Source: a virus. Taken from it: 64,000 bases of DNA. Positions 36,749 through 47,082 of the stretch are shown piece after piece (within the stretch, counting starts at the first letter, position 1; each line of letters begins with the position of its first letter). The stretch lies in IMG/VR virus record IMGVR_UViG_3300025087_000053, positions 11,563-75,562 of that record; one strand, given 5' to 3'. Under the pieces are notes generated by a model. It was not told the DNA's origin. It worked only from the letters and a program-made list of their open reading frames with translations, and searched no databases. Both the position numbers and the translations under genes were made by a program.

Positions 36749-37602
36749 GATGTTATAATCTCCTGTATTTGATCAGAATACGGAATAACAAACAAATATT
36801 TACTATCGTATGGGGAAATAAATATGTCGTATACGTAGTCTACTGCTTGTTTCCGATTAAGTTTTTCTCTTGCTTCCTGCAATAACCCTGATTGTTTTTC
36901 GTAGTCTCCTTTGCTTACTAAATAGTAGTAAGCTTTGAGAATAGGCGAAAATATTTCATAAAAAAGATTCTCTTTCCCCGTTTCCAAATCGACACTTCCA
37001 AGAGTATAAATTCTTGCGCAATTAGGAGGAGTTAAGTCTTGTTTCAAAACGCCCTCTTGTTCTCTATAGGCCAACAACATTTTATACGTCCCAAGAAGAA
37101 GCTCTGTTTTTTTAGTTTCTATCTCGGACAATGTTGTTGCAGGAATCATTTTCTCCAGACAATAATCATCAACTATGCAGATTTCCTTAAAAACTCCCGA
37201 TCTGGCGTATTCTTGGAGCACACCATACACCACCTTTCGATTTAGTTTGACGTCATTTTTATAAGTTGGCGTAGGTCTTAGCAAAAAAATTATTCTGATG
37301 TCTGCGTCCTTGACTTTTTGAAGCAGACGAAGACTACATGCAGAAACGATGTCTGAGCCATCAACAAATGCTATACAAGAATTGCCAAGTTTATTAAATT
37401 TATGAAGATTACACTTTGAAGAGGAATAAAGCTTATCAAAAGATTCTTCTATCTTCTCGGGACTTGTCTCTTTAATTACTACATCAGAGTCATCACGAGA
37501 AGACACAAGAAAAACTTTCTTGAGTTCTGGCCAAGACTTTAATTGTTCTACTAATACGGGCTGATTTCCTATTACTACAGCACAACTAGACTTTTTTACC
37601 AT
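36745..37602 (-). CDS. Hypothetical protein (possible degenerate tubulin/FtsZ-like fold)
   Basis: Alternating beta/alpha pattern; GGGTGSG signature absent, so fold call is weak. Confidence 0.4.
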   Translation of the reverse strand: MVKKSSCAVVIGNQPVLVEQLKSWPELKKVFLVSSRDDSDVVIKETSPEKIEESFDKLYSSSKCNLHKFNKLGNSCIAFVDGSDIVSACSLRLLQKVKDADIRIIFLLRPTPTYKNDVKLNRKVVYGVLQEYARSGVFKEICIVDDYCLEKMIPATTLSEIETKKTELLLGTYKMLLAYREQEGVLKQDLTPPNCARIYTLGSVDLETGKENLFYEIFSPILKAYYYLVSKGDYEKQSGLLQEAREKLNRKQAVDYVYDIFISPYDSKYLFVIPYSDQIQEIITS

Positions 37603-38779
37603 GTTCTAAAATCCTACTCATCTCTCCAAAATTCTTCCCTATAGAGAGGTTTATAACATACTTTCCAAAATCTGTAGAAGAGAAAATTTCTTCTATCTCT
37701 CTTATTTTATGTTTTTCATTCTTGTCAAAATCTAATACAAGACAGTCGTGAATAAGGAAAGCGATATAGCTTCTCATCTTATTCTTTTTCAGACATTCCC
37801 AAACTTTTAGTGCCTGCGCAAGAAACAAATCACTCGTTGTGCTTTGGATAAGATAATTAAAAACAAAATGAAAATCCTCTATTTCTATAGTTCGCCCCAA
37901 AGGTGTTTCAATCTTTTTCCCGTCCCAATACTTCTTTATTAGTTCTTCTCTGTCAAATATCTTTAAGGAAGCATCTTCTGGGTTATACAGCCAAGAGAAA
38001 ACTTTCTTTTTTGCTTCTTCTCTGGAAAGTTTACCGCAAAAGAGGTTTTCTGCATTCCATTGGTGGATATCGTGTTGAGGTTGTTCTTTCCCAAACAAAT
38101 GTAAAATAGTTCTTATTTCAGCTCCATTTATGTCCAATTCGACATAAACATCATTGTTGGGACAAAGAATGTGTCTTTCTTTTTTGGGCAATCTAAGTAT
38201 CGGAAAAGAACCCGGCCGCTCGCTCAGACGCCCTGTAACAGTACCAAAAAGATTATAGTCTATTCTCTGTAGGCTTTTATTTAAAGCGTTCTTTATGTCT
38301 TCGTCCGCTTCTGCACAGACGTTAAGTTTTTTAAAGGCTATGTCCTCTAATAGAAACGACGCCTGTTTAAGCAAATTATAATTCTTTGGCCTTTCGGTCG
38401 AATCAATAATCTTTTTTGTTATTTCAGTTCTTTTGGCGGCAAACTCAAGCAAGAAGTCAAAAGAAAATAAATCAACAAAATTCCTAGAAGTTACTTTTAC
38501 TTTAGCTGTTTTAATTGCACACTGATATGCGGCCCATGTTTCATAAAGCTTTTCCCAGTCTCTCCTTTCCTTTTGCGAACATACGTCGACAACCTTTTTA
38601 TTGGAACAGTACAAAGCGGCGGAGTCAACACAAGGGAAGGCTCTCGATAGATACCAAGAAAAACTCGGGACTGGAAGATTTCCGGACTCTGAAAGAGATA
38701 ATACATTAATACTACCATCACAGTAAATAACGTCAGATTCACCGTTTTTAGAAGAAAAAAGAACGTCTATGAAATTCAT
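37586..38779 (-). CDS. Family A DNA polymerase-like protein (compact polymerase domain)
   Basis: GTVTGRLS, ELDINGAEIR (motif A), REEAKK (B), NYLIQST, IHDCL (C). Confidence 0.85.
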   Translation of the reverse strand: MNFIDVLFSSKNGESDVIYCDGSINVLSLSESGNLPVPSFSWYLSRAFPCVDSAALYCSNKKVVDVCSQKERRDWEKLYETWAAYQCAIKTAKVKVTSRNFVDLFSFDFLLEFAAKRTEITKKIIDSTERPKNYNLLKQASFLLEDIAFKKLNVCAEADEDIKNALNKSLQRIDYNLFGTVTGRLSERPGSFPILRLPKKERHILCPNNDVYVELDINGAEIRTILHLFGKEQPQHDIHQWNAENLFCGKLSREEAKKKVFSWLYNPEDASLKIFDREELIKKYWDGKKIETPLGRTIEIEDFHFVFNYLIQSTTSDLFLAQALKVWECLKKNKMRSYIAFLIHDCLVLDFDKNEKHKIREIEEIFSSTDFGKYVINLSIGKNFGEMSRILEHGKKV

Positions 38780-38785
38780 GCTGCC

Positions 38786-39793
38786 TTATCTTGTTTCGGC
38801 CTCAAGATATCGCATCGCACGGTCAAAGTCAAGTTCTTTTAAAAGAGCACAAGATTTCTCAATAATCTTCTTTTTCTTGGCCAAAGACAGCCCCTTATCC
38901 GAATACTCCAGCTTTAACCCAAGATAAAGATTAAACCAAAAACCAACGTCTTTGTCAACATCCTTTTTATTAACGTATTTGCGATAAGAAGCAATAATAA
39001 CTTCTTTTAGCAAATCCAAGTCTTTATATTTCGCGTCTTCGAAATATTCTTCAAGTACCGAGTTTTGCTCTGTTTTTTCTATAAAAGGCTTTGCCGCATC
39101 AGAATAAAGATTAAACATCAATCTCCATGGAGCGTTTTTATCTACAGCAAACCCAAATCGGACAGCACAGCTCTGATAAAGGGGATAATTGTCGTCCGAC
39201 ATTAAAACAGTTTTTGGGTAATCGTCTGAATGAGACTTTTTCATTACCTCTATTCCAAGTCCACTGCAAAGAGGATCACAATACTTGGAATTAATAAAGT
39301 CTGTAAACGTAAATGGTAGTTTTGTATTTTCTGAGAGTGCTATTATCTGTCTTGAGAAGTTAAGAAAATCCTTCTTTTTAAAGAACCCATTCTTAAAAGA
39401 GTTGTCTACCAAGTTTGCAAAATAATTTTTGTATTCTTGCTCGGGGTTTTTATAACCAGAGACAACTTTTATATCTTTGAATTCGCTTTTATCCAAGCAT
39501 CCGGCCATTTTAACAAACTCTTTCTTAAAGGATTCGTAAGCCGATACAACAAAACTTACTCCTCTTTCTTTCTTCTTCCCAGAGTCTAAATAAACATCAA
39601 ACTTATCTTTCTTAGGGATTATAGAAACTCCATTAAAACTCTTTCCATAAACTTGATGCCGATAAAGGAAGTCGATATAATATCCGTTTAATTCAAGTCT
39701 CTCGTCAAAAAGAGAAAGATATTCTATTCTCTTGTTAAAAAGAATTCTCGTGGACATGGAGTTTTTTCCATCTGCAACCATATTATTTTTCAA
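38786..39793 (-). CDS. Hypothetical protein
   Basis: 335-aa ORF at the end of the tail module. Confidence 0.7.
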   Translation of the reverse strand: MKNNMVADGKNSMSTRILFNKRIEYLSLFDERLELNGYYIDFLYRHQVYGKSFNGVSIIPKKDKFDVYLDSGKKKERGVSFVVSAYESFKKEFVKMAGCLDKSEFKDIKVVSGYKNPEQEYKNYFANLVDNSFKNGFFKKKDFLNFSRQIIALSENTKLPFTFTDFINSKYCDPLCSGLGIEVMKKSHSDDYPKTVLMSDDNYPLYQSCAVRFGFAVDKNAPWRLMFNLYSDAAKPFIEKTEQNSVLEEYFEDAKYKDLDLLKEVIIASYRKYVNKKDVDKDVGFWFNLYLGLKLEYSDKGLSLAKKKKIIEKSCALLKELDFDRAMRYLEAETR

Positions 39794-42080
39794 CTCCGTC
39801 TACAGAGCTATAACTTTGAGTAGAAGAAACATTACCGTCGTCTAGGCTTCTAGGAGTTACAGCTCCCTCTTCTTCCCCGACATTGAACCCAATTACCATT
39901 TCCGTCATACATGTCAAATTTGTTTTAAAGCTACTAGGAGTAATCTCACACTCCGTTTTAATTACAGTATAATACCCCAACAATCCAAATCTTCTCGCGT
40001 TTGTTTCATTTGCAAGCATTGGAGACGGATGAAGAAATATCTTACTTCCGTTGGTAAAAATGTTATTCCCCATCAACGCCACGTTAGCATCAAAAACGTC
40101 CAACAACATCAAACCATCAGAGCTTTCAATGCCTTTTTTAATCTTTGCCATACGAACGCTTCTTAACGCCTCGTCGCTTCTTTGCGCATATTTTATTTCT
40201 TCTGTTATGCCCCGATTTCTCCCCTCATAAAGATGATATACTCCATTTTTCTGATCTTTTTCAACATCAATCTTTTTAAAGTGTGCTCCCTCGTAATCAA
40301 TAGCAAACACAATAAACCACGATTCCTGCTCCGGAGATATTTGTTGATTAGATTCAGATATGACTTTTTTATCTCTCTTCTTGGGAAAAGTTAAAACAGT
40401 CGAAGAAAACAAAACTCTTTTGCTTTGAGGATATCTTCCCAAAAGCCCTTTTGGATGATGTAGGCTGGGTCTAATCAGGCTCTGCAAAAGACCAAAGATA
40501 AAGTTCTTCAGGAACACAGAGGGAACTCCGGTCTTAATAACGTTTGCTTTAAACCAAGTCAAATAGTTGTTAAGAGATATCGGCAAATCGGCAATAGAAA
40601 TACTTTTTAACTCTCCTCCGTCGCCTTTTATCGTTATATTCCCAAATAAAATCTTCAAATCTTGAAGAATCTTGGGATTGTTGCCCTCTACGATCCTCAT
40701 CGCAGCATCAACAAGATCTCCAAAAAAGAAATACTTAATATCAAATCTTCCATTAATGTAAGACAACTCTGGAGATTGGGAGCTTCCTTGCAATATCTTT
40801 TTTGCCTGTTCATCATGGTCGTTTGCATCGGAATTTTGATTTTTTGGTATTTTCTCCAAATATGCTTGTTTTTCTTCCGGTGTTAAATCAACCTCAAGAT
40901 GATACAATACATCCAAAGGCTCCGCTTCAAGAGAATATATTTGATCGTTGCATTTTAACATTTCCAACAAAATCTTGTATGCAGCATATATCTCCTGTTG
41001 CCTTAGCTCTTTTATTTCTTCTTGTCGCTTTTTCTCAAGATCCCTTTCTATAGTTCTAATATCAACGCCCTTTTTTTCTGCTTCGTCGTCCAACTCATAT
41101 GCTTCAAACTTCAATAACGAATTTTGAAACTTCTTATCTGCCTCCTTGATGGAATAGAAAATATCTGCATCGGCAGAATTCATCAAGCCTTCCAAAGAAG
41201 AAATAAAATCAAAAGTCATTCTCACATAACCAGCTTGAGCAATCTCCGTTTGATAATTCACAGGAAAAAGCTGCAAGACGATATTGTGAGAATTCAAAGC
41301 ATCTTTTAATTTCTTTGACAAAAGGGGATTGTTTTGGTCAAAAGACCAGCCAACATGAGCCTTAACTATAAATGGAGGATTGTTCTTAGCACTTATTCCA
41401 TAATTCCCCAACCAACCCATTGAGGATCTTTGCTTAAACCAAGTAAAATCAGAAAAACCAATTTTATATTCTCCGTCTATTGTCCTCTCTTCGAAAAACT
41501 CGTCAAGAGAAGAAAATAATATTGTTAATGACGCCAAGATGTTTCTATCCGACGTCGCAAGGTCGGTTCCCTCATAACTCCATTTAAAAGATTCTACACC
41601 CGCTCCTCCTCCTCTTGCTTTCTTGTCTTTAAATATCTTCTCTATGTCCTTTGTATCAATAAAGTTCTTGAAAGTATACTCAACTTCTTTCTTTTTCCCA
41701 CCTTCCAAAAGAAATACTTTATATAGTCGTATTTTTGGAACCAAACAGCTTTGTTGAGCAGGAGTCATGTTTAATATTTCTTCTGCTCCTTCTCTTCTTA
41801 AAAGCTTGGATATAAAGCTTTCTGAGCTTTCATTTGTGGTGAGATATAAATGAGATTTTGATTTATTCCTTGTCTCTTGCTGTTGAATTATCTTGTCGAA
41901 GTTGGCTGCAATATATTCCTGCTCTCTAAATCCACGATAAAAAGCTTCTTGAATCTTTTTAACAGCAGAATCAAAAGACTCTTCCTGCTTTTTTCTTTGT
42001 TCTATTGTCGCTTCTGCCGCTCTAATGTCCGAATGCTTTATGACATTGGGGTCATAAAGATCACCTACTCTTCTTTCCAT
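39783..42080 (-). CDS. Putative baseplate hub-like structural protein
   Basis: Position after tape measure, tube initiator and LysM genes; C-terminal GN.IF..G..I.L...GYY.V hub-like pattern. Confidence 0.5.
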   Translation of the reverse strand: MERRVGDLYDPNVIKHSDIRAAEATIEQRKKQEESFDSAVKKIQEAFYRGFREQEYIAANFDKIIQQQETRNKSKSHLYLTTNESSESFISKLLRREGAEEILNMTPAQQSCLVPKIRLYKVFLLEGGKKKEVEYTFKNFIDTKDIEKIFKDKKARGGGAGVESFKWSYEGTDLATSDRNILASLTILFSSLDEFFEERTIDGEYKIGFSDFTWFKQRSSMGWLGNYGISAKNNPPFIVKAHVGWSFDQNNPLLSKKLKDALNSHNIVLQLFPVNYQTEIAQAGYVRMTFDFISSLEGLMNSADADIFYSIKEADKKFQNSLLKFEAYELDDEAEKKGVDIRTIERDLEKKRQEEIKELRQQEIYAAYKILLEMLKCNDQIYSLEAEPLDVLYHLEVDLTPEEKQAYLEKIPKNQNSDANDHDEQAKKILQGSSQSPELSYINGRFDIKYFFFGDLVDAAMRIVEGNNPKILQDLKILFGNITIKGDGGELKSISIADLPISLNNYLTWFKANVIKTGVPSVFLKNFIFGLLQSLIRPSLHHPKGLLGRYPQSKRVLFSSTVLTFPKKRDKKVISESNQQISPEQESWFIVFAIDYEGAHFKKIDVEKDQKNGVYHLYEGRNRGITEEIKYAQRSDEALRSVRMAKIKKGIESSDGLMLLDVFDANVALMGNNIFTNGSKIFLHPSPMLANETNARRFGLLGYYTVIKTECEITPSSFKTNLTCMTEMVIGFNVGEEEGAVTPRSLDDGNVSSTQSYSSVDGVEK

Positions 42081-42082
42081 CT

Positions 42083-42424
42083 TTATCCCTCAAACATCAT
42101 CATAACTTTTTCCAACGGCAAAGGAATATAAACTATTTGTCCAATTGTTAATTGGCAGTCTACTGGAACTTGGTTAAACCAAGCAATCAACCACCATAAA
42201 GTAACATCTCCATAGTGTTTATATGCAAGTTTATAATACTTGTCCCCGGCTCTCCATGTATGATTAACAACATCAAGTTCTTTTATTTGTTCTTTTGTCG
42301 GATATTTCAGTTGAAGAGTTTTGTATTGTAAAATATGCTTAAGCCCCTTTTTCTTAAGCTCCGAAGCATACATTTCATTTTTGTTGATAACAGGATTTAA
42401 CCTGCGATAACGAGAGATGGGCAT
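42083..42424 (-). CDS. LysM-like baseplate wedge protein (gp53/tail X-like)
   Basis: HTWRAGDKYYKLAYKHYGDVTLWWLIAWFN...GQIVYIP. Confidence 0.8.
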   Translation of the reverse strand: MPISRYRRLNPVINKNEMYASELKKKGLKHILQYKTLQLKYPTKEQIKELDVVNHTWRAGDKYYKLAYKHYGDVTLWWLIAWFNQVPVDCQLTIGQIVYIPLPLEKVMMMFEG

Positions 42425-43992
42425 TATTTAACAACCTCTTTATACGATTCTTTGATTAATCTTCTTAGAAAGGATTCTTTTATTTCTTCTTTCTTGTCCA
42501 AATCCCATTTCCTGACGATTCCTGGTGTTTCTTTATTATAGTGGTCGGGGTTATGTTGATAAAGAATCTTCACGACCTCAACATGGCCGTTTGCCGAAGC
42601 CCATCGGATGGCAGCGTTGTCATCGGCCGAGGGAACAACCCTCTTGTCGGAAAGAAGAATCTTCACGACCTCAACATGGCCGTTTGCCGAAGCCACTCGG
42701 ATGGCAAGGTTGTTACCGGCCGTTGGATCAACCCTCTTGTCGGAAAGAAGAATCTTCACGACCTCAACCTGGCCGTATTCCGAAGCCCATTGGAAGGCAT
42801 AGTTGTCATCGGCCGTTGGATCAACCCTTTTGTCGGAAAGAAGAATCTTCACGACCTCAACATGGCCTTTTGCCGAAGCCCATCGGATGGCAAGGTTGTT
42901 ACTTGTTCTTACGTTCGCACCCTTCCGAATTAAATCTTTTACATATTCGAGGTTGGGAGTTTCTTCTTGTTTTACCGCATCTTTTAGCTTGTTGTTTAGC
43001 AAACCTTGCCGTTGAATCTGTTTTTCATATTTTAAAAACTCTTCGGGGATACCACCCTCCGACATCTCCGCCATCATTTCGATGGAAGGATTATACCCGG
43101 CTCGAACAATCTTCATTAGCTTTCGGAGTTCGTCGACATTATACGCTTCCGCTTCATCTCTATTGAAAGCCGCAGCAACAAACTTTAGCCAATCGTCATA
43201 TGTTACTTCCTTCATGTTCTTCTGCATCAAGGAAACATATTTGTTAAATCGGTCTTGACCTCCGATCTCTTCTATTACTTCTCTCGGGGTTTGAAGAAGA
43301 TTTCCCGTAAATATGCCGCCAGGATATTCGTTCTCTACTGTCGTTACGGTTGTTTCGATACCGTCCCCTTGGTCGACAACAGCAAAGTTAATTCTTGAAA
43401 ACCTGTTACTTATGACGTCTTCCAAAGGAACTGTCTTGTTTATGACGTTAAAAAAGACGACCCCATCGTTAATCGTATATTGATAGAAATAGTTCTGTCC
43501 TTGGGCTGCAATACACCATGGGGTTCCTCGACCCCAATAACAAGAGCCCTCCCTCGACAGCAGACGAATCATGATGTATTCATCGTCCTCATAAAGAGTT
43601 TGGAAATGTTCCCCTTCGCCACTTTCGGCTGCTTTATAGGCGGTTTTCTTCTTCTCTTTCCCCTTCGATCTCTCGCTCCGTTGCACGGTTTCGTAATAGT
43701 TGATTGCGTCGAAGACTCTTTCAGCCGTTTCGTATTGATTAATGTCTTTCTTTTCCAGCCGAGGACCAATCTGATCGAACTTAAGAAATGCGTCCGCAAC
43801 AAGCTCTTTGCTCTCGTTGCCTTGAAGAGTTCTTTTTAAAGCCCATTCCAAATACTTCTGTTTGCCCGTCGGATCTTTCGAGGCAAAGAAGTCGATTAGC
43901 TCTGTTTGCTCGGGAAGCTTTTCTTTCAGAGAGGAAATTTTATCTTCAAGCAAAAGAACATCTTTAACTTCTTCCAAAATTACATATCTCAT
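42424..43992 (-). CDS. Multidomain protein with C-terminal ankyrin cassette (ankyrin locus D), within the tail module
   Basis: N-terminal DPTGKQKYLEW / SCYWGRGTPWC domain; four 93-bp repeats at ~42561-42905. Confidence 0.85.
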   Translation of the reverse strand: MRYVILEEVKDVLLLEDKISSLKEKLPEQTELIDFFASKDPTGKQKYLEWALKRTLQGNESKELVADAFLKFDQIGPRLEKKDINQYETAERVFDAINYYETVQRSERSKGKEKKKTAYKAAESGEGEHFQTLYEDDEYIMIRLLSREGSCYWGRGTPWCIAAQGQNYFYQYTINDGVVFFNVINKTVPLEDVISNRFSRINFAVVDQGDGIETTVTTVENEYPGGIFTGNLLQTPREVIEEIGGQDRFNKYVSLMQKNMKEVTYDDWLKFVAAAFNRDEAEAYNVDELRKLMKIVRAGYNPSIEMMAEMSEGGIPEEFLKYEKQIQRQGLLNNKLKDAVKQEETPNLEYVKDLIRKGANVRTSNNLAIRWASAKGHVEVVKILLSDKRVDPTADDNYAFQWASEYGQVEVVKILLSDKRVDPTAGNNLAIRVASANGHVEVVKILLSDKRVVPSADDNAAIRWASANGHVEVVKILYQHNPDHYNKETPGIVRKWDLDKKEEIKESFLRRLIKESYKEVVK

Positions 43993-44819
43993 TATTTCTT
44001 CCCCAACACAACATCTTCTTGAGATTCTTTCACACTATCCCCAACAGAAGAATCTGTTGAAAACTTTTCATTATCTGTTCTTTCCTCTGGAAGAACAATG
44101 TATCCAAACGGATACCGATTCCCAACCTTATCATCCGAAAACACAAGAGCCCCATCTTTCGAAGATTTCTTTGTCCATCCTGGAAGATGTGTATGAAGAA
44201 TATAAAGCATTACAGAAACAGAAATCGTCTTTGGGAACGCCTCTGAGTCAAGAGTGCCAAAGAAAAACCCATCGTCTACAACGGGAGCATAATCTATTGC
44301 TCCGTCAATATAACATACAACACCACTTGGGATAAGAGTTGTATTTTTTTCTTCCCCGGTGTCCCCTTCGTTGTTTGTCAAAAAGTTAATAAACTTCGCC
44401 TTCATCAGAGGAGGTGCCGAAATCTGTCCGTCTTCATAAACGGGATAAACCATTCTTTTCAAAACACCAATTTTATACAAATTTAATTTTGCTTCTTCTT
44501 CGCTTTCTGCAGGAACATTCCAAGAAATTGTAACTGCTCGTTCTGTTCCTTTATATATGCTCATCGCATCCATACGACCATATACCTTATTTTTTTCCCA
44601 TTCAGCAGTATGTGTATCGCGATAATCAGTCAGAAACGCTTTAAAATCTACTCTTTCTCCCGAAGGAATATGCTGAAATTGGATAATTAACCCTTTCCTC
44701 TTTTCAAGGAAATCCGTTCCTTTTACTTCGGGAAGTGATATCTGGTCATTCCCCGTAAGCTTAAGACTTCTTCCATCAGAAGATACGCCGTATTGTTCGT
44801 CTTTTTTTATCTCTGTCAA
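43992..44819 (-). CDS. Putative tail tube initiator / baseplate protein
   Basis: FKAFLTDYRD...VYGRMD...YKGTER.VTISW...YP...APPL; follows tape measure. Confidence 0.65.
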   Translation of the reverse strand: MTEIKKDEQYGVSSDGRSLKLTGNDQISLPEVKGTDFLEKRKGLIIQFQHIPSGERVDFKAFLTDYRDTHTAEWEKNKVYGRMDAMSIYKGTERAVTISWNVPAESEEEAKLNLYKIGVLKRMVYPVYEDGQISAPPLMKAKFINFLTNNEGDTGEEKNTTLIPSGVVCYIDGAIDYAPVVDDGFFFGTLDSEAFPKTISVSVMLYILHTHLPGWTKKSSKDGALVFSDDKVGNRYPFGYIVLPEERTDNEKFSTDSSVGDSVKESQEDVVLGKK

Positions 44820-44832
44820 CGATTAGCCCTCG

Positions 44833-47079
44833 TTAGTAAGCAACCGACCTAGAGTCTATTCTAATTTCTTCATTTATTGTGTCGACAATAATCTTCTTAA
44901 ATACCTTGCCGTCTAAATTGAGAGAAATATGTACCTCTTTCCCACTTCCGCCTCTCTTCGCACCATCAAAATTATTTGAAGTAGAACGAAGGCCAGAAAT
45001 AGATTTGCCAAAAACCCCCAACAAAGCTGCACCCGGAGCACCTATCATGGCAAACCCGGCCAACGACAAGGCCAAAGCAGACACACCAGAAGCCGTTGAA
45101 AGAAGTCCCGCTCCAATATTAAACCAATTCATATTTGAAAAAGAATCAAAAAACTTTAACATCTTGTCACCGGCCATATCGGCAAAGCCGGTTAAAGAAT
45201 TAACCATCATGCCGATCCCTTCCGCCGCTTCTCCAATACCTTTTGCTGCAACACCAAAAGAAACAAATGTTACAGAAAGAGCCAACAATGTGCCAATAGC
45301 CGCTAGTCCAACAGGCCCCATTGCGCCAAGAGTAAACAATAAAATTCCTGTACCTACCGTAAACGCTCCCAATGCTCCTACAACTCCCCAAATTTGAGCA
45401 GGGTCTAATTCTTTAAACGAAGCTGCAATATTCGAAATGCCTTTTGAAGCAATCCACACAGACGCACCAATTGCCAAAATAACCCCCGCCATACTCCACA
45501 GACTAGGACCAGCCGCTTTAGCTGCAGCCCCGGTGCTAGCCATCCCTCCAGCAACCGTACTGCCGCCAGTAGCAGCGCCGCCCCCCCCAAGAACAGAAGC
45601 AATACTTTTTAAATTAATAAATAAACTTCCAAAAAAGCCGACTCCCTTTATGGCAGTTGCAACACCAAAAATGGCCAACAACCCTCCTGGATGTTCAGAA
45701 ACAAGTGTTTGTATCGTTGTAACTATCTTCTCTAAAGTGGGATAAATTTTTTCTACTAGGGGAAGAATAGTGTTCCCCAAAGAAACCAAAGTGCTTTTAA
45801 GTCTATCCGATAGTGTTCTAGCATCTTGAATCAATTTATTCATGTCTGCCTGTTGTTCATTATATTCTTCAAGACCAGCAGAACCGGCATTAAATAGCTT
45901 TGCTGTTGTCGCCGTATCTAGTTCCAAAATACCAGCAATGGCTTCTTGTTCTTGACGAGTTAATTGCGAAAACTCCAACCCTGTTGCTTCAAATTGCGAC
46001 ATTAGATATGGAAGTTTTTCATCTAAATCTAATGTTAGCAAATCAACACTATTAACAAGGTTTTGCCCCAACATCGCATTTAATCTACCCGCTGCCGTTG
46101 CTGCCCCTTCAAACGTATCAAATTTCTTTGCAGCACTCATCAGATCTTCAACAGAAGTTCCCGCATTCCTCGCCTGAATTGCCATGTTTTTAAACACAGA
46201 CGTCATTCTGTTCCCGTAACTGGCAACCATTGGAGCTGCGCGAGAGAAAGAAGAAATCATTTCTTTCGGAGGAAGGCCCATGGAAACAGCGGCTTTTACC
46301 ATGCTCTCTTGCATTTCGAGAGCGCCTTCGGAAGTTTGATTTAATGCCTTTGTCGCAAGATTAAGAAATTCTGCACTTTCTTCGGCAGAAATACCCAAAT
46401 ATTCCAACTTCCCCGTGGACATAATAAGTTGTTGCTGAATTTGAGCCCCTTCTTTTCTAAAGTCCACCATAGAAGAATAAAGAGCGTTAATAGAAGATTC
46501 CGCTTGATCAAAGCCAACACCCCAAGCTTGACCTTTTAGAACAACGTCATTCATAACAGGCATAAATTTTCTTCCTGTGCCTGTCAGTTTCGCAATAGAA
46601 GCGGCAGCATCATCGGACGCCATAACTGCTTCTTGAAACCCTCTTACAAATTTATTGCTTATGCCCTTGGAGATTTCGTTGATTCCCGAAATTATAGCTT
46701 TTCTTTTTCCTGGCTGAGTAAACAAAGAAAACGTTTTAACAATAACTTTATCTAAAAGGGTCATCTCTCGGTTTGTATCCAAGAAGAGATCAAATAATTG
46801 TCCATAAGACTCTTTCGATTGCTCTATTAGCTTTATTTTCTTCTCTAAGAGAGGGATAGATTCCTGCAGGGTTTTTAAATCTTTCTTGTTCTTCTCTATT
46901 TCCTGCTCTGTAAGCTTATTAAGCTCCTCTTTCGAGGTAAGAATTTCAACAAGCGCTTTTCCCCTGTTCCGAGCTAGTTCTAGTAAATCTTTTTCGTGTT
47001 TGATAGAGTTTAGATATTCCGAATTTAATTCTTCTTGAAGTTTAACAGCATTTTGAGATATGGTAGATTTAGTTGCCAT
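44833..47079 (-). CDS. Tape measure protein
   Basis: Long Ala/Gly-rich helical protein with hydrophobic segments, FDTFEGAATAAGRLNAMLG; downstream of tube and chaperones. Confidence 0.85.
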   Translation of the reverse strand: MATKSTISQNAVKLQEELNSEYLNSIKHEKDLLELARNRGKALVEILTSKEELNKLTEQEIEKNKKDLKTLQESIPLLEKKIKLIEQSKESYGQLFDLFLDTNREMTLLDKVIVKTFSLFTQPGKRKAIISGINEISKGISNKFVRGFQEAVMASDDAAASIAKLTGTGRKFMPVMNDVVLKGQAWGVGFDQAESSINALYSSMVDFRKEGAQIQQQLIMSTGKLEYLGISAEESAEFLNLATKALNQTSEGALEMQESMVKAAVSMGLPPKEMISSFSRAAPMVASYGNRMTSVFKNMAIQARNAGTSVEDLMSAAKKFDTFEGAATAAGRLNAMLGQNLVNSVDLLTLDLDEKLPYLMSQFEATGLEFSQLTRQEQEAIAGILELDTATTAKLFNAGSAGLEEYNEQQADMNKLIQDARTLSDRLKSTLVSLGNTILPLVEKIYPTLEKIVTTIQTLVSEHPGGLLAIFGVATAIKGVGFFGSLFINLKSIASVLGGGGAATGGSTVAGGMASTGAAAKAAGPSLWSMAGVILAIGASVWIASKGISNIAASFKELDPAQIWGVVGALGAFTVGTGILLFTLGAMGPVGLAAIGTLLALSVTFVSFGVAAKGIGEAAEGIGMMVNSLTGFADMAGDKMLKFFDSFSNMNWFNIGAGLLSTASGVSALALSLAGFAMIGAPGAALLGVFGKSISGLRSTSNNFDGAKRGGSGKEVHISLNLDGKVFKKIIVDTINEEIRIDSRSVAY

Positions 47080-47082
47080 TTT

